64,000 nucleotides of DNA, taken from NCBI GenBank assembly GCA_036646255.1, contig JAVXMM010000006.1, positions 16,538 through 80,537 on the forward strand, read 5' to 3'. The notes under the pieces are model-generated. The model ran no database searches. It was not told the DNA's origin and saw nothing but the letters and a program-made list of their open reading frames with translations. A program made the translations under genes and the position numbers. Numbering within the stretch: position 1 is the stretch's first letter; each line of letters starts with the position of its first letter. The stretch is from Comamonas sp. (GTDB lineage Bacteria > Pseudomonadota > Gammaproteobacteria > Burkholderiales > Burkholderiaceae_C). Shown here piece after piece: positions 56,148-64,000 of the stretch.

Positions 56148-58052
56148 ATGACCGAACTCACCCAGCCAGCCCATCCTGCAACGATTGCAGCAAATACTGC
56201 CGTGCTTAACGAATTGGACTTCCGAGACACGGGAGACTTTGATGACGCTGCCCGCGGATTCATGGGCACCATCCCTGATGCTTTGGTTACCCAGCCCAAC
56301 GGCAACGTGGTGTGGGGTATGCAGGACTACCAGTTTTTAAAGTCAGAGCAGGCTGCGCCTACCGTCAACCCGAGTTTGTGGCGCCAGGCCCGGCTCAACA
56401 TGCACCATGGTTTGTTCAAGGTGGTCGATGGCATTTACCAGGTGCGCGGCTTGGATTTGGCCAACATCACCTTTATCGAGGGTAAGCAGGGCATCATCAT
56501 CATTGACCCGTTGACGGTGGAAGAGTCGGCCAAGGTATCGCTGGCGCTGTATCGCCAGCATCGCGGCAACCGTCCAGTGGTCGCCGTCATCTACAGCCAC
56601 AGCCACCGCGATCACTATGGTGGCGTGCGCGGCGTGATTGACGAAGCCGATGTGAAAGCCGGCAAAGTGGCGGTGATTGCGCCCAGTGGGTTTATGGAGG
56701 AGGCTGTCTCTGAGGCTGTGCTGGCTGGTGTACCCATGCGCCGCCGTGCGGCGTTTCAGTTCGGATCGACCTTGACCAAGGGTGTCACCGGGCAGGTGGA
56801 TGCGGGCTTGGGTAAAACAACGGCGTTAGGTACCTGGTCGGTGATCGAGCCCACACAACTGATCAGCGACCCAGAGCACCATCAGGTGATTGATGGTGTG
56901 CATATCGTGTTTCAACTCACCCCGGGTACCGAAGCGCCTGCGGAGATGAACTTCTACTTTCCGGAGCTGAAGGCACTGAACTTGGCAGAGAATGCTTGTC
57001 ACACCATGCACAACCTGTGCCCGTTGCGAGGTGCCAAAACCCGAGATTCGCTGGCATGGTCACGCTATATCGACGAGGCCATCGACAAATATGGTGCCAA
57101 CTCTGAAGTAGTGTTTGCCCAGCACCATTGGCCTATCTGGGGCACGGAGCGCGTTATTGAGTTCATGCAAGGTCAGCGCGACCTGTATCGCTTTTTGCAC
57201 GACCAGACCTTGCGCTTGATGAGTCACGGACTGACGCCGCGAGAGATATCGGAACAACTGCTGCTGCCTAACAGCTTGTCGCGCAAATGGCATGCACGCG
57301 GTTACTACGGCGCCGTAGCCCATAACGTGGCTGCCATCTACGCTCACTACATGGGCCCATACGAAGGCAACCCTGCCTTGTTGCACCGCTTAACCCCGGT
57401 AGACGCAGCCAAAAAATACATCGCCTATATGGGGGGTGAGCAAGCTGCAATGGCGCTGGCACAGCAAGACTATGCGCGTGGGGAGTTCCGCTGGGTGGCG
57501 GAGCTGGCCAACCACCTGGTGTTTGCCAACCCGCAATGTACCGAGGCCCGCCAACTGGGGGCCAATGCTTTAGAGCAAATGGGTTATCAGGCAGAGTCGG
57601 CCACTTGGCGTAATTCATTCATCTTAGGCGCTCAGGAGCTGCGTTACGGCGTGGCAAACCCGCTAGCCAGCCGTAACGGCATCAGCATTGAGATGTTGTC
57701 AGTCCTGCCAGTACCGCGCCTGCTGGATGCGTTGGCTATCCGCTTGGATGGACTTAAGGTACAGGATTTGGAGCTGCGGCTGGATTGGCAAATGGCTGGC
57801 GAGGAGGGCAGCCATCGCATCACCATCTCCAACGGCGCAATGTCGCACCAGCCCGGCTCGCACGGTATCAATGCAGACGCCACAGTGCACATCTGTCGCG
57901 TTGCTCTCGACAAGCTGCTGCGCGAAAAGAAAGGGCTGTTGCAGGGGCTCACTCGAGGTGAGATTCAGGTGCAAGGCGCCCAGGCGCAAGTGCGGCAACT
58001 GTTTGGCAATCTGGATGACTTTGATCCGATGTTCAACATCTTGGAGCCCTGA
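56148..58052 (+). CDS. Alkyl sulfatase (SdsA1/YjcS-type metallo-beta-lactamase)
   Basis: 'VNPSLWRQA.LN', HSHRDH, PGTEAPAEM, HHWP, 'RGYYG', 'QAESATWRN', SCP2-like C-terminus. Confidence 0.9.
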   Translation: MTELTQPAHPATIAANTAVLNELDFRDTGDFDDAARGFMGTIPDALVTQPNGNVVWGMQDYQFLKSEQAAPTVNPSLWRQARLNMHHGLFKVVDGIYQVRGLDLANITFIEGKQGIIIIDPLTVEESAKVSLALYRQHRGNRPVVAVIYSHSHRDHYGGVRGVIDEADVKAGKVAVIAPSGFMEEAVSEAVLAGVPMRRRAAFQFGSTLTKGVTGQVDAGLGKTTALGTWSVIEPTQLISDPEHHQVIDGVHIVFQLTPGTEAPAEMNFYFPELKALNLAENACHTMHNLCPLRGAKTRDSLAWSRYIDEAIDKYGANSEVVFAQHHWPIWGTERVIEFMQGQRDLYRFLHDQTLRLMSHGLTPREISEQLLLPNSLSRKWHARGYYGAVAHNVAAIYAHYMGPYEGNPALLHRLTPVDAAKKYIAYMGGEQAAMALAQQDYARGEFRWVAELANHLVFANPQCTEARQLGANALEQMGYQAESATWRNSFILGAQELRYGVANPLASRNGISIEMLSVLPVPRLLDALAIRLDGLKVQDLELRLDWQMAGEEGSHRITISNGAMSHQPGSHGINADATVHICRVALDKLLREKKGLLQGLTRGEIQVQGAQAQVRQLFGNLDDFDPMFNILEP

Positions 58053-58105
58053 GATGGCCCAGGCCATCGTGGTTTTTTCATCAATGTATGGATGGAGTGT
58101 CAGAC

Positions 58106-59092
58106 ATGAAGTTTAGCCGCCGAGATGTATCTAAGGGCTTGTTGTCCGTTTGTGCCGTATCAGCTTTGCAGCCCATGACTCAGGTGTTTGCTGCATCACC
58201 TAAAACGATAACGTTGAATGTAGGCTTTCCTGCGGGGGGTGTGCCCGATGTGGTGGCGCGCACCTTGGCTGAGCGCTTGCAGGCGTTGATGCAAAAAAAT
58301 ATTGTTGTAGTGAACCGCGTCGGTGCTGGTGGCCAGCTTGCCGTGTCCTCGCTGAAAGCGGCGCCAGCCGATGGTTCCGTTTATGCTCTCTCAACACCTG
58401 CAACACTGACTCTTTTCCCGCATCTTTACAGTAACTTGAGCTATGACGCAGAGAGGGACATAGTGCCAGTTGCGGCGGTGTGTTCGTACTTCTTGGCGGT
58501 GGTGGTCAATAACAACGTACCAGTAAAAACAACGCAAGAGCTTTGGGAATGGTGCAAAAAAAATCCAGACCAAGCGACCTGCGGAATCCCGGGAGCCGGA
58601 ACGAGCATTCATTTTCTGACTGAAAAAATCGCAGAGTTGACTGGCGTAAAGTTCCGCACCGTGCCTTACAAGGGAGCAGCAGCTTTGTCACAAGCTGTGG
58701 TGACGGGCGAGATCGCCTGTTCGATCAACCTTACCAACAATTTTTCTGCGTTGCATAACTCAGGCAAGCTCAAGATGCTGGCCGTGAGCTCGCCAGAGCG
58801 TTTGCCACAAACGCCTGAAGTGCCCACCTTTGCTGAAAGTGGGCTTGCCAAAATTGCGGTGCCCGAATGGATGGGCGTAGTGGCGAATGCGAAAACACCC
58901 AAGGCAGAGATTGATGCCATGTACACGGCGGTACAACAGGTGTTGGCTGAGCCGGGCTTTAAAGAAAAGCTGGCAATTCAACAGTGTGTACCTACCCCGA
59001 TGACGGCCGATGCGTTTGCGCAGATGATCAAAAGCGGATCCCGCACCTGGAAAGAACACATTCAGAAAACTGGCTTCAAGATAGATGCCTGA
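58106..59092 (+). CDS. Bug/TctC binding protein (divergent)
   Basis: GFPAGG..D..AR, NRVGAGG, VPYKG, PEVPTFAE; SRRDV Tat-like signal. Confidence 0.88.
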   Translation: MKFSRRDVSKGLLSVCAVSALQPMTQVFAASPKTITLNVGFPAGGVPDVVARTLAERLQALMQKNIVVVNRVGAGGQLAVSSLKAAPADGSVYALSTPATLTLFPHLYSNLSYDAERDIVPVAAVCSYFLAVVVNNNVPVKTTQELWEWCKKNPDQATCGIPGAGTSIHFLTEKIAELTGVKFRTVPYKGAAALSQAVVTGEIACSINLTNNFSALHNSGKLKMLAVSSPERLPQTPEVPTFAESGLAKIAVPEWMGVVANAKTPKAEIDAMYTAVQQVLAEPGFKEKLAIQQCVPTPMTADAFAQMIKSGSRTWKEHIQKTGFKIDA

Positions 59093-59271
59093 GCCGGACC
59101 GGTGGTGCTCCTGGCTGCGTAGATCGAGCATTGGTTGTAGGCGATCGTTGCTGCTAGAAAATTTGCAGCCACTGTTGTTGCTGGAGGAGTGCAAGCGTGT
59201 GTTTTCTTTAGAACAGCAAGACCTTCGCTTACAACTCAGTCATGTGTGCTTTGGCCTGTAGCTTGGTTGCC

Positions 59272-60051
59272 TCAAATTCCCAGCGGGTTTTTCTTGCCTT
59301 TTTCTACTGGGTTGGCCAGCAGCTTTTGCGCGGGGTAGGCGCGCAAAAATTCTTTGGCTTTGGCGGCGCTGGAGTTGAGCCAAGCGTCGTACGAGCCTTC
59401 ATTCAAGATGGCAGGCATGGTTTTGTCGTTACCTCCCTGCTGGTAGCGGTTCATCAGCGCGTGGGCGTTGGCGTTGACGGTGATGATGGCGTAGCTCATT
59501 AGCTCGCTGCCGTCCTCCGGGTCTTGCCAGCGGGCCCATACGCCAGCAATGCCCATAGGCAGACCATCCACGCGGGCGATGCGTGTGGGTTTGGCTTTGC
59601 CGGTGCCGCGGTAGTCGTCGGTCAGAAAGGCTTGCATGGGCACGATGCAGCGCTGGTTGTTCAGCCACGCTTCACGGAAGGCGGTGGCGGTCGATACGGT
59701 GTCGTACTTGGCTGTCACCAGCTTGGTGGCGCGCAGCTTGCCGTCTGAAGCGGATTTGACCCAGTGAGGCACTAAGCCCCACTGTGCGGGCACCAAGATG
59801 CGCGGCGTTGGGGCAAGCGCTGCGGGCTCGACAAGAGCCTGCGCATCGACTGGGGTGGCTGCTGCCGCTGCTGCGATTTCTGCCTTGCGCGCGGCGCGCT
59901 CTGCGTCAGTAGCAGATTCCAGATTGCGGGTGATGAAAAAGCCGGGTTTGCGCGGCGTCATCTGGCGCTCGCCCAGATCGGCAGGCGGCTCTACGCGGAA
60001 GGCGGAGAGGTAGAGGTCGGCGTCTTTGAGGGCTTCGTATTGGGTGCTCAT
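59272..60051 (-). CDS. SRAP/YedK-family protein (atypical N-terminus)
   Basis: WGLVPHW, 'FREAW...QRCIVP', 'IAGVWARW', 'SYAIITVNA', 'MPAIL....YDAWL'. Confidence 0.85.
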   Translation of the reverse strand: MSTQYEALKDADLYLSAFRVEPPADLGERQMTPRKPGFFITRNLESATDAERAARKAEIAAAAAATPVDAQALVEPAALAPTPRILVPAQWGLVPHWVKSASDGKLRATKLVTAKYDTVSTATAFREAWLNNQRCIVPMQAFLTDDYRGTGKAKPTRIARVDGLPMGIAGVWARWQDPEDGSELMSYAIITVNANAHALMNRYQQGGNDKTMPAILNEGSYDAWLNSSAAKAKEFLRAYPAQKLLANPVEKGKKNPLGI

Positions 60052-60127
60052 GGGCGGGATTATCCGTGCAGTGCTGGCTTGCAGTGCGGCGCTGCCTCTG
60101 CTGCCGCCTGTGGGCGGGGCTAAGGGA

Positions 60128-60182
60128 TGCTATAAAAATTAAAGCCCGCTCCTAAGAGGGGCGGGCGCTAGCGGCTTATTTT
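60128..60182 (+). repeat. Palindromic repeat copy (intergenic)
   Basis: TGCTATAAAAATTAAAGC...GGGCGGGCGCTAGCGGCTTATTTT; spacer 1 nt shorter than in other copies. Confidence 0.72.
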
Positions 60183-60209
60183 ATCTGAAGCCGATGGAGC
60201 AGTCCTGTT

Positions 60210-61361
60210 TTATAGCGATTGCCCCAGCTTGCGCAAAAAGCGCTCGCAGGCGTCTAACTGGCTGATCTCGACAAACTCGTTGGGCTTGTGGGCCTGCTCA
60301 ATATTGCCGGGGCCGCAGACCACGGTGGGGATGCCTACGTTCTGGAACAGTCCGGCCTCAGTGCCATAGGCCACCTTGCGCTTGGCGGTGTCTGCCGTCA
60401 GCGCTCGCACCAACGCGGTGATGGCGGCTTGCTCGCTAGCCTCCAATGCAGGGGCGTAGGGGCCGGCTTCGATGTCGATCCGAGCATCGGCAAACTCACG
60501 CTGCATGCGAGGCAGCAACTCGTCACGTACATAGCTCTCAACCTTGGCCTGGATGCTTTCGGACGTCATGCCGGGCAGGTTGCGGAATTCGTAGTTGAAC
60601 TCGCACAGCTCTGGGATGGTGTTGACCGCGATGCCACCCGTGATCTGGTTGGTCGTCATGGTGCTAAAGGGCACATCGTAGAACTCGTCATACGGGCCTT
60701 GCGCTTTGAACTGGTCGGCCAGGTCGCGGATATGGCAGATCAGGCGCGCTGCGTACTCGATAGCGTTGCAGCCTTTGGGCGTGAGCGATGAGTGCGCCGC
60801 CTTGCCATGCACCTTGCAGCGGTACAGGTTGATGCCCTTGTGCGCAACCACTACCTGCATGCTGGTGGGCTCGCCTACCACGCAGCCATCGGCGACCTGT
60901 CCACGGGCTTGCAGCGCGCGCAGCATCACCGGTGCGCCAGCGCAGCCCACTTCTTCATCGTACGACAGCGCAAAGTGCAATGGTTTTTTGCGCGGCATGG
61001 CGATGAACTCCGGCACCAGGGCGAGCGACGCGGCGATGTACCCCTTCATGTCGGCACTACCTCGGCCAAACAGCTTGCCGTCTTTTTCAGTCAGGGCAAA
61101 TGGGTTGGTGTCCCAGTTCTGGCCATCAACCGGCACCACATCGGTGTGGCCCGACAAAATAATGCCACCTTGCGTGCTGCCATCATCGGCGGGCAGGGTA
61201 GCAAACAAATTGGCTTTGTCGCCTTCGGGGGAGTGGATGAGCTCGACCTTTAGCCCTTGGTGCGATAGCGCATCGCGCACGGTTTCGATCAGGGCTAGGT
61301 TGGAGTTGCGGCTGGTGGTGTCAAATGCCACCAATTTTTCCAGCCAGGAGCGGGTGTTCAT
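60210..61361 (-). CDS. argE: Acetylornithine deacetylase (M20)
   Basis: SGHTDVVP, GRGSADMKG, DEEVG, GEPT, TEAG, AHKPNE. Confidence 0.9.
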   Translation of the reverse strand: MNTRSWLEKLVAFDTTSRNSNLALIETVRDALSHQGLKVELIHSPEGDKANLFATLPADDGSTQGGIILSGHTDVVPVDGQNWDTNPFALTEKDGKLFGRGSADMKGYIAASLALVPEFIAMPRKKPLHFALSYDEEVGCAGAPVMLRALQARGQVADGCVVGEPTSMQVVVAHKGINLYRCKVHGKAAHSSLTPKGCNAIEYAARLICHIRDLADQFKAQGPYDEFYDVPFSTMTTNQITGGIAVNTIPELCEFNYEFRNLPGMTSESIQAKVESYVRDELLPRMQREFADARIDIEAGPYAPALEASEQAAITALVRALTADTAKRKVAYGTEAGLFQNVGIPTVVCGPGNIEQAHKPNEFVEISQLDACERFLRKLGQSL

Positions 61362-61548
61362 ATCGCAGTCACTCGGGAGTTAAATTGCAAGTGATTGAGT
61401 GTAGGGGCATTGCGAAGCCTTGGTGAAGGGGTGTGCATTAGTGATAAACACAGGGACGTACAGCGTGCCAAAAATACAAATCTGATAGCTGTTGGCGGCT
61501 GATGCGCAGAGCCGTGAGGGAGTTCTTTATATAAATGCGGTGACCTGA

Positions 61549-62301
61549 TCAAGGCGCAATTGCCTGCACCGGCAAAAACTGCAACAAGCTACCGCCCGCC
61601 AGCCCTTGCACATACCCAATCACAGCGCGTCGGTATTTTTCGGTCACCATCTCTGCCATCAAATCATTGCGGGCAATCATCTTGCCAAACTCACGCTCAA
61701 AGCTCAGGTTGCGGTCGTTGGCGTTGATTTCATTGGTCAGTAGCATGGGCTGGCCATTGGCTAGTTTGCGGTGGGTGAGCATCCAGTTAGCGATCTCTAG
61801 GTTGCGCGCGGCGTTGTAGACCGACTGCGCATCCAGCCCGTGAATCATGTAGAAAGTGGCGCGCCCTCCATGGGCGGTGATCAGCATATCGGCTGTGGCA
61901 AAGGTAAAGGCGGCCACGCGGTCGCCCGCGAATTCGGGCGCCAGCGCCATGCTCATGCCTGCAATGTCGCGCTGGTCCATCAACTCGGGCCAGGGTTGCT
62001 CGTTTTCAATGGCATTGCGCACGGCCTGGATGGCGGCTTCGCGGTTGTCAAAACCGCCTTTTCGCCACTCTTGTGGATTGCGGCGGTAGAGCTTATCCAT
62101 CAGCACATACAGGCTTTGCAGATTGGCATGCATGCTGAGCGTGGCCATGCGGTTGACATCGGATTGTCCCCATTCCTTAGCCTCCATATCGCGCTCAGGC
62201 ACTTTGCCGCGTACGGGCTCAATGCTGCTACAGCCCATTAAAGCGAACAGTGCAACAAGGGCAACGGTGGAAGTATTCAGCGAGGCGGCGCAATAACGCA
62301 T
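61549..62301 (-). CDS. Hypothetical lipoprotein
   Basis: Hydrophobic signal with ALMG-C lipobox; 250 aa; start uncertain. Confidence 0.7.
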   Translation of the reverse strand: MRYCAASLNTSTVALVALFALMGCSSIEPVRGKVPERDMEAKEWGQSDVNRMATLSMHANLQSLYVLMDKLYRRNPQEWRKGGFDNREAAIQAVRNAIENEQPWPELMDQRDIAGMSMALAPEFAGDRVAAFTFATADMLITAHGGRATFYMIHGLDAQSVYNAARNLEIANWMLTHRKLANGQPMLLTNEINANDRNLSFEREFGKMIARNDLMAEMVTEKYRRAVIGYVQGLAGGSLLQFLPVQAIAP

Positions 62302-62619
62302 ATCGAATGGACAGGGACTGCTATCGTTTTCATTATTGCAAAGCTTTGGGCCTATGTTGCACGGGGGTTGTCCTGCAGATTGCATCAGAATGTGGGAAAA
62401 TGCTTCCGTTTATCAATTCTTCACAAGAGCGAGAAAGGCAAAATCGGTTATGACACCGCGAACGACAACCACCTGGGGTTTAACTGGCCAATAAGGCCGG
62501 TAGTTCGCGCCTGTACGATTTTTGTCGTCTCTATCCCTTTCAAAGCGCGGACTGGTTCCGCGCTTTGTGCTTTTTAGCTGCGCGGCTCTTGATTCAGCAT
62601 TCGAATTAGCAGGATTTTT

Positions 62620-64000
62620 ATGGTTCAAATTACGCTCCCCGATGGCTCCAAGCGCGACTACCCAGCACCGGTAACGGTTGGCGACGTAGCTGCATCGATT
62701 GGCGCAGGCTTGGCGAAAGCAGCCCTGGCTGGCAAGGTTGGCACCGGCGATGACGCCAAGGTAGTGGATACCAGCTTTGTGATTGATCAGGACATGCCGC
62801 TGTCCATCATCACCGCCAAGGACAAAGATGGTCTGGACGTGATTCGCCACTCCACCGCTCACTTGCTGGCCTACGCAGTCAAAGAGCTGTTCCCCGAGGC
62901 GCAGGTGACCATCGGCCCCGTAATTGAAAATGGCTTTTACTACGACTTTGCCTATAAGCGCCCGTTCACGCCTGAGGACTTGGTTGCCATCGAAAAAAAG
63001 ATGAGCGAGCTGGCAAGCAAAGACGAAGCAGTGGTGCGCCGGGTGTTGCCGCGCGACGAAGCGGTGGCGTACTTCAAAAGCCTGGGCGAGAACTATAAGG
63101 CCGAGATCATTGCGTCCATCCCCAGCAATGAAGATGTGAGCCTGTACCGAGAAGGGGCGTTTGAAGACCTGTGCCGTGGCCCCCACGTGCCCAGCACCGG
63201 CAAGCTCAAGCACTTCAAGCTGATGAAGGTGGCGGGTGCTTACTGGCGCGGCGACCACAACAACGAGATGCTGCAACGCATCTACGGCACGGCATGGACC
63301 AGCAAGGATGAATTGCAGCAGTACCTGACCATGTTGGAAGAGGCAGAGAAGCGCGACCATCGTAAGCTGGGCCGCGAGCTAGATCTGTTCCATATCGATG
63401 AGCATTCGCCAGGCACTGTGTTTTGGCATCCCAAGGGCTGGTCCATCTGGCAGGAGGTGGAGCAGTACATGCGCAAGGTGTACCGTGACAATGGCTATCT
63501 AGAGGTGAAGGGCCCACAGATTTTAGACAAGACGCTGTGGGAGAAAACCGGCCACTGGGACAAGTACCGCGAGAACATGTTCACGACAGAGTCGGAAAAG
63601 CGCGAGTATGCGCTCAAGCCGATGAACTGCCCTGGCCATATTCTGATCTATAAGCAAGGCATCAAGAGTTACCGTGATTTGCCATTGCGCTTTGGTGAGT
63701 TTGGCGCTTGCCATCGCAACGAGCCTACGGGTTCGCTGCATGGCATCATGCGTGTGCGCGCTTTTACGCAAGACGATGGGCACATCTTCTGCATGCCTGA
63801 CCAGATCCAGGACGAGGTAAAGGCCTTTACTGCGCTGTTGCAAAAGGTCTACAAAGACTTTGGTTTTACCAACATTTTGTACCGTCTGTCGACTCGCCCA
63901 GAAAAGCGTATTGGCACGGATGAGAGCTGGGACAAGGCCGAGGAAGCGTTGGCAGAAGGTTTGCGCGCATCGGGCTGTGATTTTGAGTACCTGCCCGGCG
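62620..64000 (+). CDS. thrS: Threonine--tRNA ligase (5' part, runs off the window)
   Basis: [36 protein letters not shown]; SD AGGA. Absent from the ORF track because there is no stop in the window. Confidence 0.97.
   Translation, partial: MVQITLPDGSKRDYPAPVTVGDVAASIGAGLAKAALAGKVGTGDDAKVVDTSFVIDQDMPLSIITAKDKDGLDVIRHSTAHLLAYAVKELFPEAQVTIGPVIENGFYYDFAYKRPFTPEDLVAIEKKMSELASKDEAVVRRVLPRDEAVAYFKSLGENYKAEIIASIPSNEDVSLYREGAFEDLCRGPHVPSTGKLKHFKLMKVAGAYWRGDHNNEMLQRIYGTAWTSKDELQQYLTMLEEAEKRDHRKLGRELDLFHIDEHSPGTVFWHPKGWSIWQEVEQYMRKVYRDNGYLEVKGPQILDKTLWEKTGHWDKYRENMFTTESEKREYALKPMNCPGHILIYKQGIKSYRDLPLRFGEFGACHRNEPTGSLHGIMRVRAFTQDDGHIFCMPDQIQDEVKAFTALLQKVYKDFGFTNILYRLSTRPEKRIGTDESWDKAEEALAEGLRASGCDFEYLPG

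Noticed and set aside
8782-60182. Repeat copies as a CRISPR array or integron attC sites
   Set aside because: The copies are dispersed, occur in both orientations and often lie within core genes. There are no regular spacers, cas genes or intI.
62413-63360. 315-aa minus-strand ORF
   Set aside because: Antisense to thrS, which the ORF track missed because it has no stop in the window.

Overview
This 64 kb window looks like the chromosome of a Comamonadaceae-type betaproteobacterium (inferred from gene order, four Bug/TctC genes and the repeat family). Left to right it carries: the 3' end of an amidohydrolase plus a Liv-type ABC transporter; uspA/fnr/hemN with an FNR box; tauE; a probable 6S RNA downstream of zapB-like/zapA; a cobalamin riboswitch heading a btuB-cobB-cobU-btuFCD-cobO...bluB-cbiB-cobD-cobQ...cobT corrinoid uptake and completion cluster; nth; an amidase; slyX; a stand-alone rtcB; cidR/cidAB; argP/lysE; a LysR-Bug-QOR-CaiB islet; mutL/dedA/amiC/tsaE/queG; tandem Bugs; xerD; a TetR-alkylsulfatase-Bug islet; a SRAP gene; argE; and the 5' part of thrS. 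I saw no transposase, phage genes, CRISPR array, tRNA or rRNA. The most striking unannotated signal is a ~55-bp palindromic repeat with near-fixed internal spacing, found about 14 times. It lies between genes and also in frame inside proteins (MutL linker, CobU, BtuD N-terminus, two CbiB helices, an esterase signal peptide and lipobox), and it supplies the start codon of cobO and the stop codons of three genes. Other leads are a long hairpin leader abutting the rtcB start codon, a SRAP protein with Ser in place of the catalytic Cys2, an anti-SD sRNA candidate behind 6S RNA, and a Thr-anticodon-like hairpin in the thrS leader. All calls come from reading the sequence by eye; no searches were run.
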